DNA of 64,000 nt from Candidatus Omnitrophota bacterium (GTDB taxonomy: Bacteria; Omnitrophota; Gorgyraeia; Tantalellales; Tantalellaceae): contig DAONGE010000001.1 in the NCBI GenBank assembly GCA_035403965.1, positions 85,008 to 149,007 on the forward strand, in the 5' to 3' direction. A program made the translations under genes and the position numbers. Positions 47,940-58,153 of the stretch are shown here, piece by piece. The first letter of the stretch is position 1; every line of letters starts with the position of its first letter. The notes beneath the pieces are model-generated. The model did not search any database, was not told the DNA's origin, and was given only the letters and a program-made list of their open reading frames with translations.

Positions 47940-48320
47940 TTAAAGACTTTCTTCGATCTCCTGCGATTCCTGCAGATCCAGCATTCCGTCATTGTTTGTA
48001 TCGAATTTTTTCTCGTGAACTGACTCAACTTTTGCTTTGCCTCTGGCGTGAATAAGTGAGTTCTTATGTTGCAGTAACAGTTTGATCTCATCCAGGTTAA
48101 GCGAGCCGTTTTTGTTTTTGTCGAATTTCTTCTCGATCGGTGTCACGGCCGGGGTTTCGGTCTGAGCCGGTTTTGCTTCCTCTTTCGCGGCGGGCGCCGT
48201 TTGTTTGGCTTTGTGCGCCGGCTCAAAATTCACATTTTCGCCTTTTGAAGGGGCTGAAAAGGCCGCAGAAGGGGCGAGCGTGAGTGAAAACATGATAAAA
48301 AAAGATAGAAGTTTTGCCAT
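47940..48320 (-). CDS. secreted EF-hand calcium-binding protein
   Basis: Signal peptide MAKLLSFFIMFSLTLAPSAAFSA. Two canonical EF-hand loops: DKNKNGSLNLDE and DTNNDGMLDLQE. Confidence 0.65.
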   Translation of the reverse strand: MAKLLSFFIMFSLTLAPSAAFSAPSKGENVNFEPAHKAKQTAPAAKEEAKPAQTETPAVTPIEKKFDKNKNGSLNLDEIKLLLQHKNSLIHARGKAKVESVHEKKFDTNNDGMLDLQESQEIEESL

Positions 48321-48428
48321 GATTTTGTCCTTTCGTTTTAAAGTTATGATATTACTAACAGTCTATATCTTGTCCGGCGGGAAGTCAAATCACGCTTTTT
48401 AAGGTATAATTTATCGGAGTGAGAGCGG

Positions 48429-49868
48429 GTGCTATTTGCGTTTTGTCGTGAGATGACAATTGGGAGAACAATGGTCGGTTTTTTAAAATATAATATGATC
48501 CGTATCAGTGCGATATGTTTAGCGGTGATGTTTTGTGTAAGCGCCTGCGGCCGTCGCGAGGTTGGTTTATTTGAATATGTGCGTAAAGGGCAGAAGTTCA
48601 TAGAAGAAGGAAAATACCAAAAAGGGCTTATGCTTCTACATAAGGCATACGAAGAAGCCCCGGACAGTAAGGATATCGCCGAAAACCTTTTTTATGGATA
48701 TTTGAAATATGCCGAAGTTCTTGAGAGTGACGGTGAGTTGGATAAGGCCATAGATTATCTTTCGATGGCGTATGAGATGGAACCTTCAAACATGGTGGTT
48801 TCGAATAATTTAGCGGTTCTCATATGCAAAAAAGCCGTAAACGAGACGGAAAATGGCGATTATACGCGAGCTATGGAGCTTTTGAAACAGGCCGTTGGAA
48901 TGGTGCTCGAATTCAAAAAGCCGAGAGAGAACGTATCAGCGTTTCTTTTTAATTCGTCAGTGGAGGCGTATAACCGGCGTGATCAGAAAGCCGCGTTTAT
49001 GTTCCTGACGGCGTCACATTTGCTGGTGAACAGGTTCGAGACACATTATATGCTGGGACAGTATTTTTACGATATTGGGAAGCTGGACAAGGCCGAATTC
49101 TACTGGGAGAAAGCTCTTAAAATGAAACCGGGCAATACAGAGGTGAAGGATAAACTTGATAAAGTATACAAAGAGAGAAATATCAAAAGTGAAATGATAG
49201 GGATGGATACGGCGCATTTCAAGATACAGTTTTATCGTGATTATGACATCGATGCCGCTAAACTTGACGAAATATTTGTAAGGATATATAACGGGGTCGG
49301 CGATGATCTGGATTATTTTCCGGCAACTGATACCGGTGCGATATTTTATTCCGAGGATGATTTCCGGAAAATATTTAATCAGAGCGGCATAGTAAGGGCA
49401 TTCTATGACGGTAAGATAAGGATGTTCCTTTCTTCCGGAATAGACGATCCGAATTTCCCCGGTCTGATGGCGCATGAATATACGCATGCCGTTCTTTCGA
49501 TGATGACAAATAATCATTGCCCCGTATGGCTTCATGAAGGGATCGCGACATACGAGCAAAGTAAGTATATGCCGGTTAACAGCGGTTTTGTCAGGGCCTT
49601 TCTTGCGTCCGGGGAACGTGTGGAACTCGCGAAACTTGAAACGGGTTTTTCCAGCAAAGAGGTAAGGATCTTGGGGCTGAGTTACGAAGGTTCTTATTTC
49701 GCCGTAAGTTTTGTGATAAATAAATGGGGATGGTCCGGATTACGGGGGCTTTTGGAAAGAATAAAAGACGGCGAGCATTATGCTAACGCGATAGATGAGG
49801 AATTCCTTATATCGACGGAATCCTTTGAAGCTATGATGAATTACTACATAAAAAAGAAACTGAAATAA
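48429..49868 (+). CDS. TPR-repeat lipoprotein with an HExxH zinc-metallopeptidase-like motif
   Basis: Probable lipoprotein start near 48471 (MVGFLKYNMIRISAICLAVMFCVSACG). TPR-like repeats occur at residues 60-250. HEYTHAV (HExxH) plus a downstream HEG fits an MA-clan-like domain. Confidence 0.55.
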   Translation: MLFAFCREMTIGRTMVGFLKYNMIRISAICLAVMFCVSACGRREVGLFEYVRKGQKFIEEGKYQKGLMLLHKAYEEAPDSKDIAENLFYGYLKYAEVLESDGELDKAIDYLSMAYEMEPSNMVVSNNLAVLICKKAVNETENGDYTRAMELLKQAVGMVLEFKKPRENVSAFLFNSSVEAYNRRDQKAAFMFLTASHLLVNRFETHYMLGQYFYDIGKLDKAEFYWEKALKMKPGNTEVKDKLDKVYKERNIKSEMIGMDTAHFKIQFYRDYDIDAAKLDEIFVRIYNGVGDDLDYFPATDTGAIFYSEDDFRKIFNQSGIVRAFYDGKIRMFLSSGIDDPNFPGLMAHEYTHAVLSMMTNNHCPVWLHEGIATYEQSKYMPVNSGFVRAFLASGERVELAKLETGFSSKEVRILGLSYEGSYFAVSFVINKWGWSGLRGLLERIKDGEHYANAIDEEFLISTESFEAMMNYYIKKKLK

Positions 49869-49914
49869 GTGGATATCCAGCAAATGTCCGGTAAAGACGC
49901 GTATTTTTCACGAT

Positions 49915-51348
49915 TTGCCGTATAAAACATATTTCTGGCGGTTAACGGCGCTAAAGAGAAATAGAGAGGGGTACACTGTGGATAAAAAGGGTTTAATATG
50001 TATGATGTTAATATTTTGTTTATCGTCGTCGGCTATCGCCGCCGTGAATATTTCGCGTGAAGAAGCCAGCAAAGATCCGAGAAAATGCGCGCTTCTTCTA
50101 GCATATAGAATAACGGATATTTATTATAAGCCGTGGATGCTTTCAGAAGTAGTCCTGAAATTTCTAGGGACAAAAGACAGTGCGGTGATCCCGGAGGTGC
50201 TTTCCGACGCGGAAAAAATAGCACGGGGACTGGACAACGCATCATACCGATCTGATGCCTTGCTTGAGGTCGCCCGCGGATATGCCAAAACCGGAGAGTT
50301 CGAAAAGGCTTTGAATATCGCCGGTAGTATAGAGGCGCTGTTGCCGAGGGTTAAAACTTATTGTCTGATATCGCGTTTATATGTCGAAGGGGGCAAGGCC
50401 AAAGAGGCGCGCGATGTCCTGACGGTCGGGCTTAGAACGACGGAAGGCAGTACGGATCAGAACATGGATGTCGCGCTTCTTGAAACAGTATCGGCTTTTG
50501 TGAATGCGGACGGACTTGACGAGGCCGTTTCGGTTTCTGAAAAAATAAATAGCGGCGCAAAAAAAACCGAGGCGCGGTGTAAGGTATCAGTTGCGTTTTA
50601 CCGTAAGAACGACGCAAAACAGGGAGACATCGTTTTAGCCGAGGCCGAGACCGTGGCAAAAAATATAGAAGACAGGATAGATACTTCTAACGCATATGTT
50701 GAGATATCTCGCGTGTATCTGGCCAAGGGCGACAAAGCAAAAGCGCTTGGTTTTGTCGGAGAGGCTTTCGATATATCCGAGAAAATAGATTCAAAATATC
50801 TGAAGCCGGAACTATTATCTCGCATAAGCGCGGTGTACGCGGAACTTGGCGAAATAGATCAGGCTATTATTATCGCCGAGTCTATTTCAGACAAGAATTA
50901 CGGGCCGCGCGCGCTGGCGGAAGTGGCTTCTTATTGCGCTTCGACCGGGAATAAAGAGGAGGCGAATAAGATATTGATGGCGGCTTTGGGGAATACAAAA
51001 GGGATACGTTCCGTTTATGCGCAGGCTAACGTAATGGCGGATATAGCCGATAGCTATGCGGGGCTTGGAGATTTTGAGTCTGAACTTTCGGTTTCTGAAA
51101 GCATGAAGGACGATTATAATAAACCGCGTGCATTGGCCAGAACAGCGGTGAATTTTTCAAAGTCAGATAATAAAGAAAAAGCGCAGGAAATATTCTGCAA
51201 GGCCATAAAAGCCGCCGATGCGATCGAAGATGATTTTTATAAAGCATGGGCGTTATCCGAAATATCCGCGGAATATGACAGGGCAGGGCTGGCCCCTGAT
51301 AGGCAGGCATGCACGATATTAAGAAAAATAGTGAATGAGGGGAAATAG
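49915..51348 (+). CDS. hypothetical secreted alpha-helical repeat protein (TPR/HEAT-like)
   Basis: Signal-peptide-like segment LICMMLIFCLSSSAIAAVN. Repeated ~35-aa units follow the pattern Y..A...VA..YA..G....A. The start is uncertain; GTG 49978 is an alternative. Confidence 0.45.
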   Translation: MPYKTYFWRLTALKRNREGYTVDKKGLICMMLIFCLSSSAIAAVNISREEASKDPRKCALLLAYRITDIYYKPWMLSEVVLKFLGTKDSAVIPEVLSDAEKIARGLDNASYRSDALLEVARGYAKTGEFEKALNIAGSIEALLPRVKTYCLISRLYVEGGKAKEARDVLTVGLRTTEGSTDQNMDVALLETVSAFVNADGLDEAVSVSEKINSGAKKTEARCKVSVAFYRKNDAKQGDIVLAEAETVAKNIEDRIDTSNAYVEISRVYLAKGDKAKALGFVGEAFDISEKIDSKYLKPELLSRISAVYAELGEIDQAIIIAESISDKNYGPRALAEVASYCASTGNKEEANKILMAALGNTKGIRSVYAQANVMADIADSYAGLGDFESELSVSESMKDDYNKPRALARTAVNFSKSDNKEKAQEIFCKAIKAADAIEDDFYKAWALSEISAEYDRAGLAPDRQACTILRKIVNEGK

Positions 51349-51351
51349 GTT

Positions 51352-51735
51352 TTATTCGCTGTATTTTTTCCAGAGTTCGACCAAAGTGTCTTTATCTTTT
51401 TCGTTCATGTCGCGGAAATGAACCCCAAGTATAAAATATTTTTTGTATTTGCCTTTTACCTGTTTGAACCATTTTATAGTTCCGTTGGCTTTCATCAGAT
51501 TGAGTCCGGTATCGTCCGGGATGAGCATCTTCATCTGGATCTTCGATTCTGGCGGAAGTGTTTTTGAGCACATGATCTTTACGCCGTCCGGAGAAAAATC
51601 AAGGCCGGATTCGTCATAAAACTTCGGATGCCTTTTTATATTATCGAAACGAAGACTTTTGCCGTTAGTGTCGACCGAGACTATGTTGACGGCGAAGTAT
51701 TTTAAAGCTCTTTTTTCTTTTCTCCGTTCTTTCAT
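51352..51735 (-). CDS. PilZ-domain protein (putative c-di-GMP effector)
   Basis: N-terminal RRKEKR (RxxxR-like) and DFSPDGVKI (D.S..G) are the two PilZ c-di-GMP-binding motifs. 127 aa. Confidence 0.55.
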   Translation of the reverse strand: MKERRKEKRALKYFAVNIVSVDTNGKSLRFDNIKRHPKFYDESGLDFSPDGVKIMCSKTLPPESKIQMKMLIPDDTGLNLMKANGTIKWFKQVKGKYKKYFILGVHFRDMNEKDKDTLVELWKKYSE

Positions 51736-51737
51736 AA

Positions 51738-52451
51738 TTATTCTCCGATCAAGTGTTTTAGTGTGTTCAAGATCTGCTCCAACGCAAAGGGTTTTTCTAT
51801 ATATCCCTCTATGTGCAGTTCGTTCAAGTGTATATCCACCACGTCTTCGGGATGCCCGGTTATTATCAGTACCGGGACATTGCTGACTTTACGGATTATT
51901 TTCAGGACCTCTATCCCGTCTATATCCGGCATGGTAAGGTCAAGAAGTATGACGTCGGGTTTTATCTCGTTGAAGTACTCTAGCCCCATCTGCCCGTTAA
52001 AAGTCAGGAATACTTTATAGTTGTGGGGGACAAGGTAGGAGTAAAGTGTTTCACAAATTTCCTGTTCATCGTCTATGATGAGTATTTTTTTAGGTTTTGA
52101 TCCGGATTTTCTGTCTATTCCGGAGGGTTTCGATTTTTTTTCGGATTTTAAGGAGTTCACCAGCTTAACGATTTGTTGAATGTCCTTGACGTCGAGTTCT
52201 TCCACCTTTTGTCCGTCGACGTACAGGGCATCGTTCGTTATCTCTACTTTCTGCTGATTATCACTTATAAGGCGTTCCACTGTTATATTGAGGACCAGGG
52301 CCATACGGCGCAGTTCATGAAGTTTAGGCGTCCGACGTCCCGTTTCCCACATCCCCACGGCAGACTGGCGTACTTCCAGTATCGCAGCCAGTTCCTGCTG
52401 GGTCAGTTTTTTTTCAAGGCGTATCTGTCTAAGATTCTCGGCAAAACTCAT
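51738..52451 (-). CDS. transcriptional regulator with an N-terminal XRE-type HTH and a C-terminal receiver (REC) domain
   Basis: LRQIRLEKKLTQQELAAILEVRQSAVGMWETGRR is an XRE HTH. The C-terminus KILIIDDEQ...DVILLDLTMPDIDGIEVL...VPVLIITG is a REC domain. The start was set at the MSFAENL Met, whereas the ORF track extends to 52499. Confidence 0.6.
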   Translation of the reverse strand: MSFAENLRQIRLEKKLTQQELAAILEVRQSAVGMWETGRRTPKLHELRRMALVLNITVERLISDNQQKVEITNDALYVDGQKVEELDVKDIQQIVKLVNSLKSEKKSKPSGIDRKSGSKPKKILIIDDEQEICETLYSYLVPHNYKVFLTFNGQMGLEYFNEIKPDVILLDLTMPDIDGIEVLKIIRKVSNVPVLIITGHPEDVVDIHLNELHIEGYIEKPFALEQILNTLKHLIGE

Positions 52452-52618
52452 AGTTATCTGTACCGTCCTTTGTGTTAATGTACAACTAAAAGTGTACATG
52501 ACAAGGTGGGTCGAGTCAACACATAAAGTGGTTTTTTATCACATTGACATAATCACCAAAAGTGATATAATAATAGGTGAAATTTAGGGGGTAAGATCAT
52601 AACCCATGAGGGGGACAT

Positions 52619-52858
52619 ATGAAGATCTTGGCACGGAAGTGTAAAAACAGTGGTAAATATGTCTTGCTATCTCTACGTGGGGAAAAAGCTCATAAAAGGG
52701 TTAAAAAATATCTTACGGCAGGAAAGTATGCACATGCCATGTCGGAGATACTCTCTAAAGGTGAATCGCTGGGTGAAGTAACATATTATGACGGCCGAAC
52801 AGTGAACGCCGATCTGATCCTCACCGAAAAAAATGTTCATTGGGACCTTACCGCGTGA
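52619..52858 (+). CDS. small basic hypothetical protein (79 aa)
   Basis: ORF with a plausible ribosome-binding site GAGGGGGACATATG. No recognisable motif. Confidence 0.3.
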   Translation: MKILARKCKNSGKYVLLSLRGEKAHKRVKKYLTAGKYAHAMSEILSKGESLGEVTYYDGRTVNADLILTEKNVHWDLTA

Positions 52859-52954
52859 TAAAACACTATTTCCCGGTGCATACGTAAACGGTCTTGCTTT
52901 TTACGGCAGAAAGATATATATCTTACAAAGCGGATCCTGAAAGGGGGATACATA

Positions 52955-53719
52955 ATGTTGTTCAGATTCAGCAGGGTGCTTTGTACGGCATTGATTTTAA
53001 CGGCTTTTCATGAGGAACTATTTTCCGAGGAGTTCTCTGCTAGGGAAAACCATTCTATATCTCAGGTGAAAGAGATCGCGACAAAAATAATAAGACAAAT
53101 AGAGATACCAAAGGGATATCATGAGGGGCTTCTTCTTTCAGGTGGCGAGATATGGGTGAATAACGGAGAAGAAGGGGAAACATGGGTGATAGATGTTTCG
53201 ACTGGAACTAAACTTCGCGATATTAAACCGATAGGGAGTTTTTCTGAAGGAATATCATGGGTGTCCGGGAATAAATATTGGGTTACGGATTGGCGAGAAG
53301 GGGCATTGTATCTTGTGCATATTTCGGCCGATATTACGATCGCCGAAAAAGAGTACAGGCTGGGACAGATGTACCCCGCGGGTGTTGTGTGGACCGGGCA
53401 ATATATTTTCGTGATTTTGTGGGGCCGGGGGCCTGAAGGCACATACGATATCCTTAAAATGGACGGTGAAGGGAATATTATCCGGGTCGACAGGCTAAAG
53501 GAGATCAATGAACCGTCGCAGTTGACATGGGACGGGAAGAATCTATGGATAACCAGCTGGTGCGATAAAAAAGCGTACAAGCTGGATCCCGACACTTACG
53601 AAATACTGGGTTTTTTTGAGACACCGATGAATGACGCTACGGGGATAGCATGGGACGGGAAAAGTTTTTGGATAACGGGGACAAGGTCCGATTTGTATCA
53701 GGTAGAATTGGTCGAGTAG
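52955..53719 (+). CDS. secreted beta-propeller protein, glutaminyl-peptide cyclotransferase-like
   Basis: Signal peptide. YHEGLLLSGGEIWVNNG, FSEGISWVSGNKYWVTDW and GIAWDGKSFWITG resemble the bacterial/plant-type glutamine cyclotransferase five-bladed propeller family. Confidence 0.45.
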   Translation: MLFRFSRVLCTALILTAFHEELFSEEFSARENHSISQVKEIATKIIRQIEIPKGYHEGLLLSGGEIWVNNGEEGETWVIDVSTGTKLRDIKPIGSFSEGISWVSGNKYWVTDWREGALYLVHISADITIAEKEYRLGQMYPAGVVWTGQYIFVILWGRGPEGTYDILKMDGEGNIIRVDRLKEINEPSQLTWDGKNLWITSWCDKKAYKLDPDTYEILGFFETPMNDATGIAWDGKSFWITGTRSDLYQVELVE

Positions 53720-53933
53720 GGGTGGGGGAATTGTGCCAGAGTGTCATGTGTCAGGTGTCATGAAGCAGAAAACAAAATTGTCATTCCCGCATGTCTTTAG
53801 TGGGAATCTATGATATGAAATATTTTAATTTTACAGATCCCCGATAAAAGCGTTCGGGGATGACAGGGTTGAGAAATTCGAGATTCGAAATTCGATGATA
53901 ACGTAGGGGCGAACATCGTTCGCCCGAATCTTT

Positions 53934-53960
53934 GGCGGAGGCGGGTGTCCGCCTTTTTTA
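53934..53960 (+). terminator. putative rho-independent terminator
   Basis: GGCGG-aggcgggtgt-CCGCC followed by TTTTTTAA. Confidence 0.4.
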
Positions 53961-54016
53961 ATATGTGAGATGTTGATTAATTATAAAATAAATATTGATA
54001 AAAAGGAAATATACGA

Positions 54017-54394
54017 ATGAGTATGGATATTGGGAAAACAGAGAAAGCCGCGATAATGATACTGACGATCTTGTTGTTCGCCGGCACGGTTCTCTTTGCG
54101 GTGCGTCTCAGGGCCACTGAAAATAGAATAGAAGTTATAGAGGGGGGGATATCCCGCATGTTGTCATTGATTGAGGTGGAACGGATCCTGGACGAAAAAA
54201 GAAAAATTAATATGAATACCGCCTCGATAGCCGACATTGAACTATTGCCCGGAGTAGGTCCGGGACTTGCCCGACGTATTGTCGAATACAGGGAACTTGT
54301 CGGAAAATTCAGGTCACCCGAGGATCTAAAGTCGGTCAAAGGGATAGGAGAGAAAAAGCTTGAGGTAATACGGCCTTTTCTGAAGTTCCAATGA
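54017..54394 (+). CDS. comEA: competence protein ComEA (helix-hairpin-helix DNA-binding)
   Basis: N-terminal TM segment. The C-terminus INMNTASIADIELLPGVGPGLARRIVEYRE...GIGEKKLE has tandem HhH motifs typical of ComEA. Confidence 0.8.
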   Translation: MSMDIGKTEKAAIMILTILLFAGTVLFAVRLRATENRIEVIEGGISRMLSLIEVERILDEKRKINMNTASIADIELLPGVGPGLARRIVEYRELVGKFRSPEDLKSVKGIGEKKLEVIRPFLKFQ

Positions 54395-56805
54395 AAAAAT
54401 ATTTATTGATATGCCCGTTTATCTCTTTTCTGATGGGGATAATAGCGGTTAAATGTTTTTCGGTTTTCCGATGTCTGTCGGAGCCCCTGATGATCTTTTT
54501 GATCTTATCGGTGCTTATCGTTTTGCAGGTTGTTTTGTTTCGGATAAATAGATGGTTTTATCTGATCGTATGTACATCATTCTTTCTTTTAGGTTTTTCC
54601 AGATATATGGTCTCAATGGAATATGGAAGTGACCATATATCGCGGTATATTCACGATATACCGGAAAAAACTTTGATCTATGGTACGGTGTCGGGCTATC
54701 CCGAGATCAGAAAAGGCCGGTTTTCAGAATATCATGTTTTTCCTCTGACTGTCGATAAGATCGCGGTAAACGGTGAATTTGTCAGGGTTGAAGGAAAGAT
54801 CATGGTAAAACGATACGGTGTTTTTTCGATATCAGCGAGTGACAAGATCGTTATCGGGGGAGAGCTTGTGTCCCCTGCGAATGTTCGGAATCCGGGAGGG
54901 TTCGATCAGAGAGAATATATGCGTAGCGTTGGTATAAGCGGTGTTTTGCGTTCAAGGGATCTCGACCGGTATATGAAAGTCGGTACTTCAAATGCTTTTG
55001 CGATGGGGATCGTTCGAGTGCTGTTTTTCGCGCGTGAAAAAGCTAAAAAAATAGTGGAACAATATGTGCCCGATGATATGGCGCGAAGTATCATAGTTTC
55101 CATTATTATCGGCGCCAGAACTGACATCCCTCCTGAGCTGAATGATTTGTTCATAAGGACCGGGACTTTGCATATACTCGCGGTGAGCGGCCTCCACACA
55201 TGTATCGTTGGTCTTGTGCTGCTGTGGTGTCTGAGGGGCATAAATGTTCCGTGGAAAATGGTGTACATAATATCGTCGATGGGAGTGTGTCTTTACGCGG
55301 TGTTTACGGGATGGGCCCCGTCGAGCTTGCGCGCGGCGATAATGACATCATTAGCTTTTTTAACGAAGGCTATCGGGCGGAATGTCCCGTTGATACACGC
55401 ATTATTTTTGTCGGCGTTCATTATTTGCTTCGTCTCTCCAGGGCAACTTTTTCAGCCGGGTTTTATACTTTCATACGCGGCGGTGCTAGCTATTTTATGG
55501 CTTGTTCCGTACAGTGACAGGCTTTTAAATATTCCAAGCGAGAAAGTTACGGACCTGCCCGGGAAAATATGGGTTGGCGCGCGAAGGTCTTTCTCGTTGT
55601 CTCTTGCCGTGTGGATAGGCATGATGCCGATCATAGCTTTTTATTTTAATCTGGTAACGCCGGTCGTGGTTCTCGCTAACTTAATAGCTGTTCCAGTTTT
55701 TTTCGTTATTTTGATACTCGGAGGGGCACTTATTTGTGCGGGATCGATCGGTGTAATGAGTTTTCTGTCCGCCGCGTTAGGCACGGTAGTGGTTTGGGTG
55801 ATAAATTTTTTTATTTATTCATTGCGGATATTCGATAGTGTACCGTTCTCAAGTACGCAGATATCTTCCCCGGGAGCCGGTTTGATAGCGGCATATTATC
55901 TTTTACTGTGCGGGTGTGCCGTTATTTACGCCGGATCCGGTCGAAAAAGGATCGCTATAATCTTTATCCTTTTCGCGTGCAATCTTTTTTTATGGAAAGA
56001 AATTTTTGTTTCAGGCCCGCCTGAAAATACGAGGATCACCTTCTTTGACGTCGGGAAGGGGGATGCCGCGCTTATCGAAACGGCTAAAGGAGGGGTTGTG
56101 CTTATTGATGCGGGGCCCGGCGGTGAAAAGGGCGACGCGGGAAGGAACATTATAGCGCCGTACCTTCGGAAACATGGGATACGTTCCGTAGATTGTGTCG
56201 TTGTGACCCATCCGCATGACGATCATTATGGGGGCATGGACTACATCCTTGATAATTTCGATGTGGAGATGATGATATCCCCGCCTCAGGCGTTTGATGT
56301 GGATGGGGGATTCTCCGACATGGTCAACAAGGCGAAGAAGAAAAAAATATCATGTAAACCGGTTTCGGCCGGAGCTGTTGTTTCCGGTATCCCCGGGGTA
56401 GGTTTATACGTTTTGGGGCCGGATGGCAAAAAGAAGGATACGGGATATAATGAGATGTCGGTGGTGCTTAAGGCCGTGACAGATAAAGGCAATAGCGTTC
56501 TTTTTTGCGCAGATGTTATGGGTGAGGCTTTAAAGGATGTCGCGGGGTATCAGAAAATGCTTGTGTCGGATGTCGTAAAAATCCCGCATCACGGCGGGAA
56601 TGTAGGAGAGTTAAAGACGATAGAATATTTTCTGGAGACTACACAAAGTAAATATGTTGTGGTATCGAACAATGACAAGAAGTACGTCAATAAGGAGATC
56701 ATGCGTATTTTGTCTATGCAGGGGGCGGAGATCTGCACGACATATGAAAGAGGGGCGATTGTGTTCGAAGAAGGCGATAAACTAAAAGCGCGTCATTTTC
56801 GTTAA
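54391..56805 (+). CDS. comEC: DNA internalisation competence protein ComEC/Rec2 with a C-terminal metallo-beta-lactamase domain
   Basis: Polytopic competence domain (LHILAVSGLH). The C-terminus has VVVTHPHDDHYGG and FFDVGKGDA, a metallo-beta-lactamase fold. ATGA overlap with comEA. Confidence 0.85.
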   Translation: MKKYLLICPFISFLMGIIAVKCFSVFRCLSEPLMIFLILSVLIVLQVVLFRINRWFYLIVCTSFFLLGFSRYMVSMEYGSDHISRYIHDIPEKTLIYGTVSGYPEIRKGRFSEYHVFPLTVDKIAVNGEFVRVEGKIMVKRYGVFSISASDKIVIGGELVSPANVRNPGGFDQREYMRSVGISGVLRSRDLDRYMKVGTSNAFAMGIVRVLFFAREKAKKIVEQYVPDDMARSIIVSIIIGARTDIPPELNDLFIRTGTLHILAVSGLHTCIVGLVLLWCLRGINVPWKMVYIISSMGVCLYAVFTGWAPSSLRAAIMTSLAFLTKAIGRNVPLIHALFLSAFIICFVSPGQLFQPGFILSYAAVLAILWLVPYSDRLLNIPSEKVTDLPGKIWVGARRSFSLSLAVWIGMMPIIAFYFNLVTPVVVLANLIAVPVFFVILILGGALICAGSIGVMSFLSAALGTVVVWVINFFIYSLRIFDSVPFSSTQISSPGAGLIAAYYLLLCGCAVIYAGSGRKRIAIIFILFACNLFLWKEIFVSGPPENTRITFFDVGKGDAALIETAKGGVVLIDAGPGGEKGDAGRNIIAPYLRKHGIRSVDCVVVTHPHDDHYGGMDYILDNFDVEMMISPPQAFDVDGGFSDMVNKAKKKKISCKPVSAGAVVSGIPGVGLYVLGPDGKKKDTGYNEMSVVLKAVTDKGNSVLFCADVMGEALKDVAGYQKMLVSDVVKIPHHGGNVGELKTIEYFLETTQSKYVVVSNNDKKYVNKEIMRILSMQGAEICTTYERGAIVFEEGDKLKARHFR

Positions 56806-56809
56806 TGAT

Positions 56810-57150
56810 GCTGTTGGATTGAATTGTCATATTCGATCACTTCGGAGAAGTTTGTGTTCTTTCTTCCGGGTATTTCCCTCCGACTGTTCGGAAGTTCTGC
56901 GCCCTTTAGAAAAATACCCTGTTATTTTTGATCTCCAGGCGTTTGATGCTTCGCTGAAGCGTAAAATATTTTTATCTTTTGCGGGTATTTTTCTCAAGTG
57001 CTCGAACTTCCAAACAGGCGGATTGTGGGAAAAGTGTTTTAAGGTGCATGTATTTTTCTGTTCTTTTCAAAATAGTCATAAACTTCTCCGGGAAATCGTA
57101 TTCACTCCATTCCTTCTCGTTTCGCCAAGTCAACTAATGGGTGATTACTT
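56810..57150. repeat. mosaic intergenic repeat locus 3
   Basis: gagaagtttgtgttctttc (56850-56868) is the reverse complement of the module found at 35957 and 41508. gactgttcggaagttctgcgccctttagaaaaataccc... (56883-57010) is near-identical to 41165-41295. gtcataaacttctccgggaaatcgtattcactcca (57077-57111). ORF 56819-57211 is spurious. Confidence 0.6.
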
Positions 57151-57358
57151 CCATAGCTATGCAGAAAGAACAAATGGATCAACATTTACTGGTGTGAAAA
57201 GATGCGCATGATAAGGTTCTGATCTGACATTCGTGTCGGATTTGGTGGCATTTTTTAAATTGCATGAGATGGTTGACTGGGTATTTTTTATGTGATAACC
57301 TAACTTTTGAATAAAAACTGTAATATATAGTAAACATATGTGTTTATAGGAGGATAAT

Positions 57359-58153
57359 ATGAGAAGAAGTTTTTTGATGTGGATCGTCGCTGTGGCGGTT
57401 ATGTTCATCGGGATCATTAAGGCGGAAGCCGGTGTTGACGCCGAATTCGAGGCGGCCATTATTTCCGTAAATGGCGATGTTCAGATCGATATGAAAGCCG
57501 ATAATAACTGGGTACAGGCTAAGGTCGGTATGAGGCTTAAGGTAGGGGCTAAACTTAAAACAGGACGGGGATCCGAAGCGGATATCGTGTATGACGCTGA
57601 GGGTTTAAACGTAGTTAACATTAAATCTGAAAGTGAGATAGTCATAAGATCATCGGAGATGGATCTGCCGGAAGGCGCGGTGCTTGTAAAATTCGATAAT
57701 TTGAAAAAAGGATCGCAATTCGTTGTTAAAACCCCGATTGCGGCCTGCGCTATAAGGGGTTCCGGTATGGGGATTGAACATATTGCTGAGATAACTGAAG
57801 TTTACGCGTTCGAAGACAAGGTATATGTCACGGGTTTTGATAAGAACGGGACCCAGGTGTCGGCGCAAGTGACCGTTCCCGAGGCATGGATGGTTCAGGT
57901 AAGAGGAGGCAATATTACCCCTCCCTCCGAATTTGACGAAAGGGAACGTGGAATATGGGATAAGTGGGTGACGAAGGTTACAAAGGGGGCCGGCTCTAAG
58001 AGCGATCAAGCGGGAAATAAGAAAAAAGATCTAAATAAAATTGAGAAAGACGCCGCAGATGAGAACGAAATATTGGATACGAAAGATATAGCGGATAAAA
58101 AGGGAGGCACGTCACCACAACCCGAGATCAGTCCGTCGGGACACGACAAATAA
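57359..58153 (+). CDS. secreted FecR-domain-like protein carrying a conserved C-terminal tail shared with the next two genes
   Basis: Signal peptide MRRSFLMWIVAVAVMFIGIIKAEA. FecR-like beta region (AKVGMRLKVGAKLKTGRGSEADIVYDAEGLNVVNIKSES). The C-terminus is DENEILDTKDIADKKGGTSPQPEISPSGHDK. Confidence 0.55.
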   Translation: MRRSFLMWIVAVAVMFIGIIKAEAGVDAEFEAAIISVNGDVQIDMKADNNWVQAKVGMRLKVGAKLKTGRGSEADIVYDAEGLNVVNIKSESEIVIRSSEMDLPEGAVLVKFDNLKKGSQFVVKTPIAACAIRGSGMGIEHIAEITEVYAFEDKVYVTGFDKNGTQVSAQVTVPEAWMVQVRGGNITPPSEFDERERGIWDKWVTKVTKGAGSKSDQAGNKKKDLNKIEKDAADENEILDTKDIADKKGGTSPQPEISPSGHDK

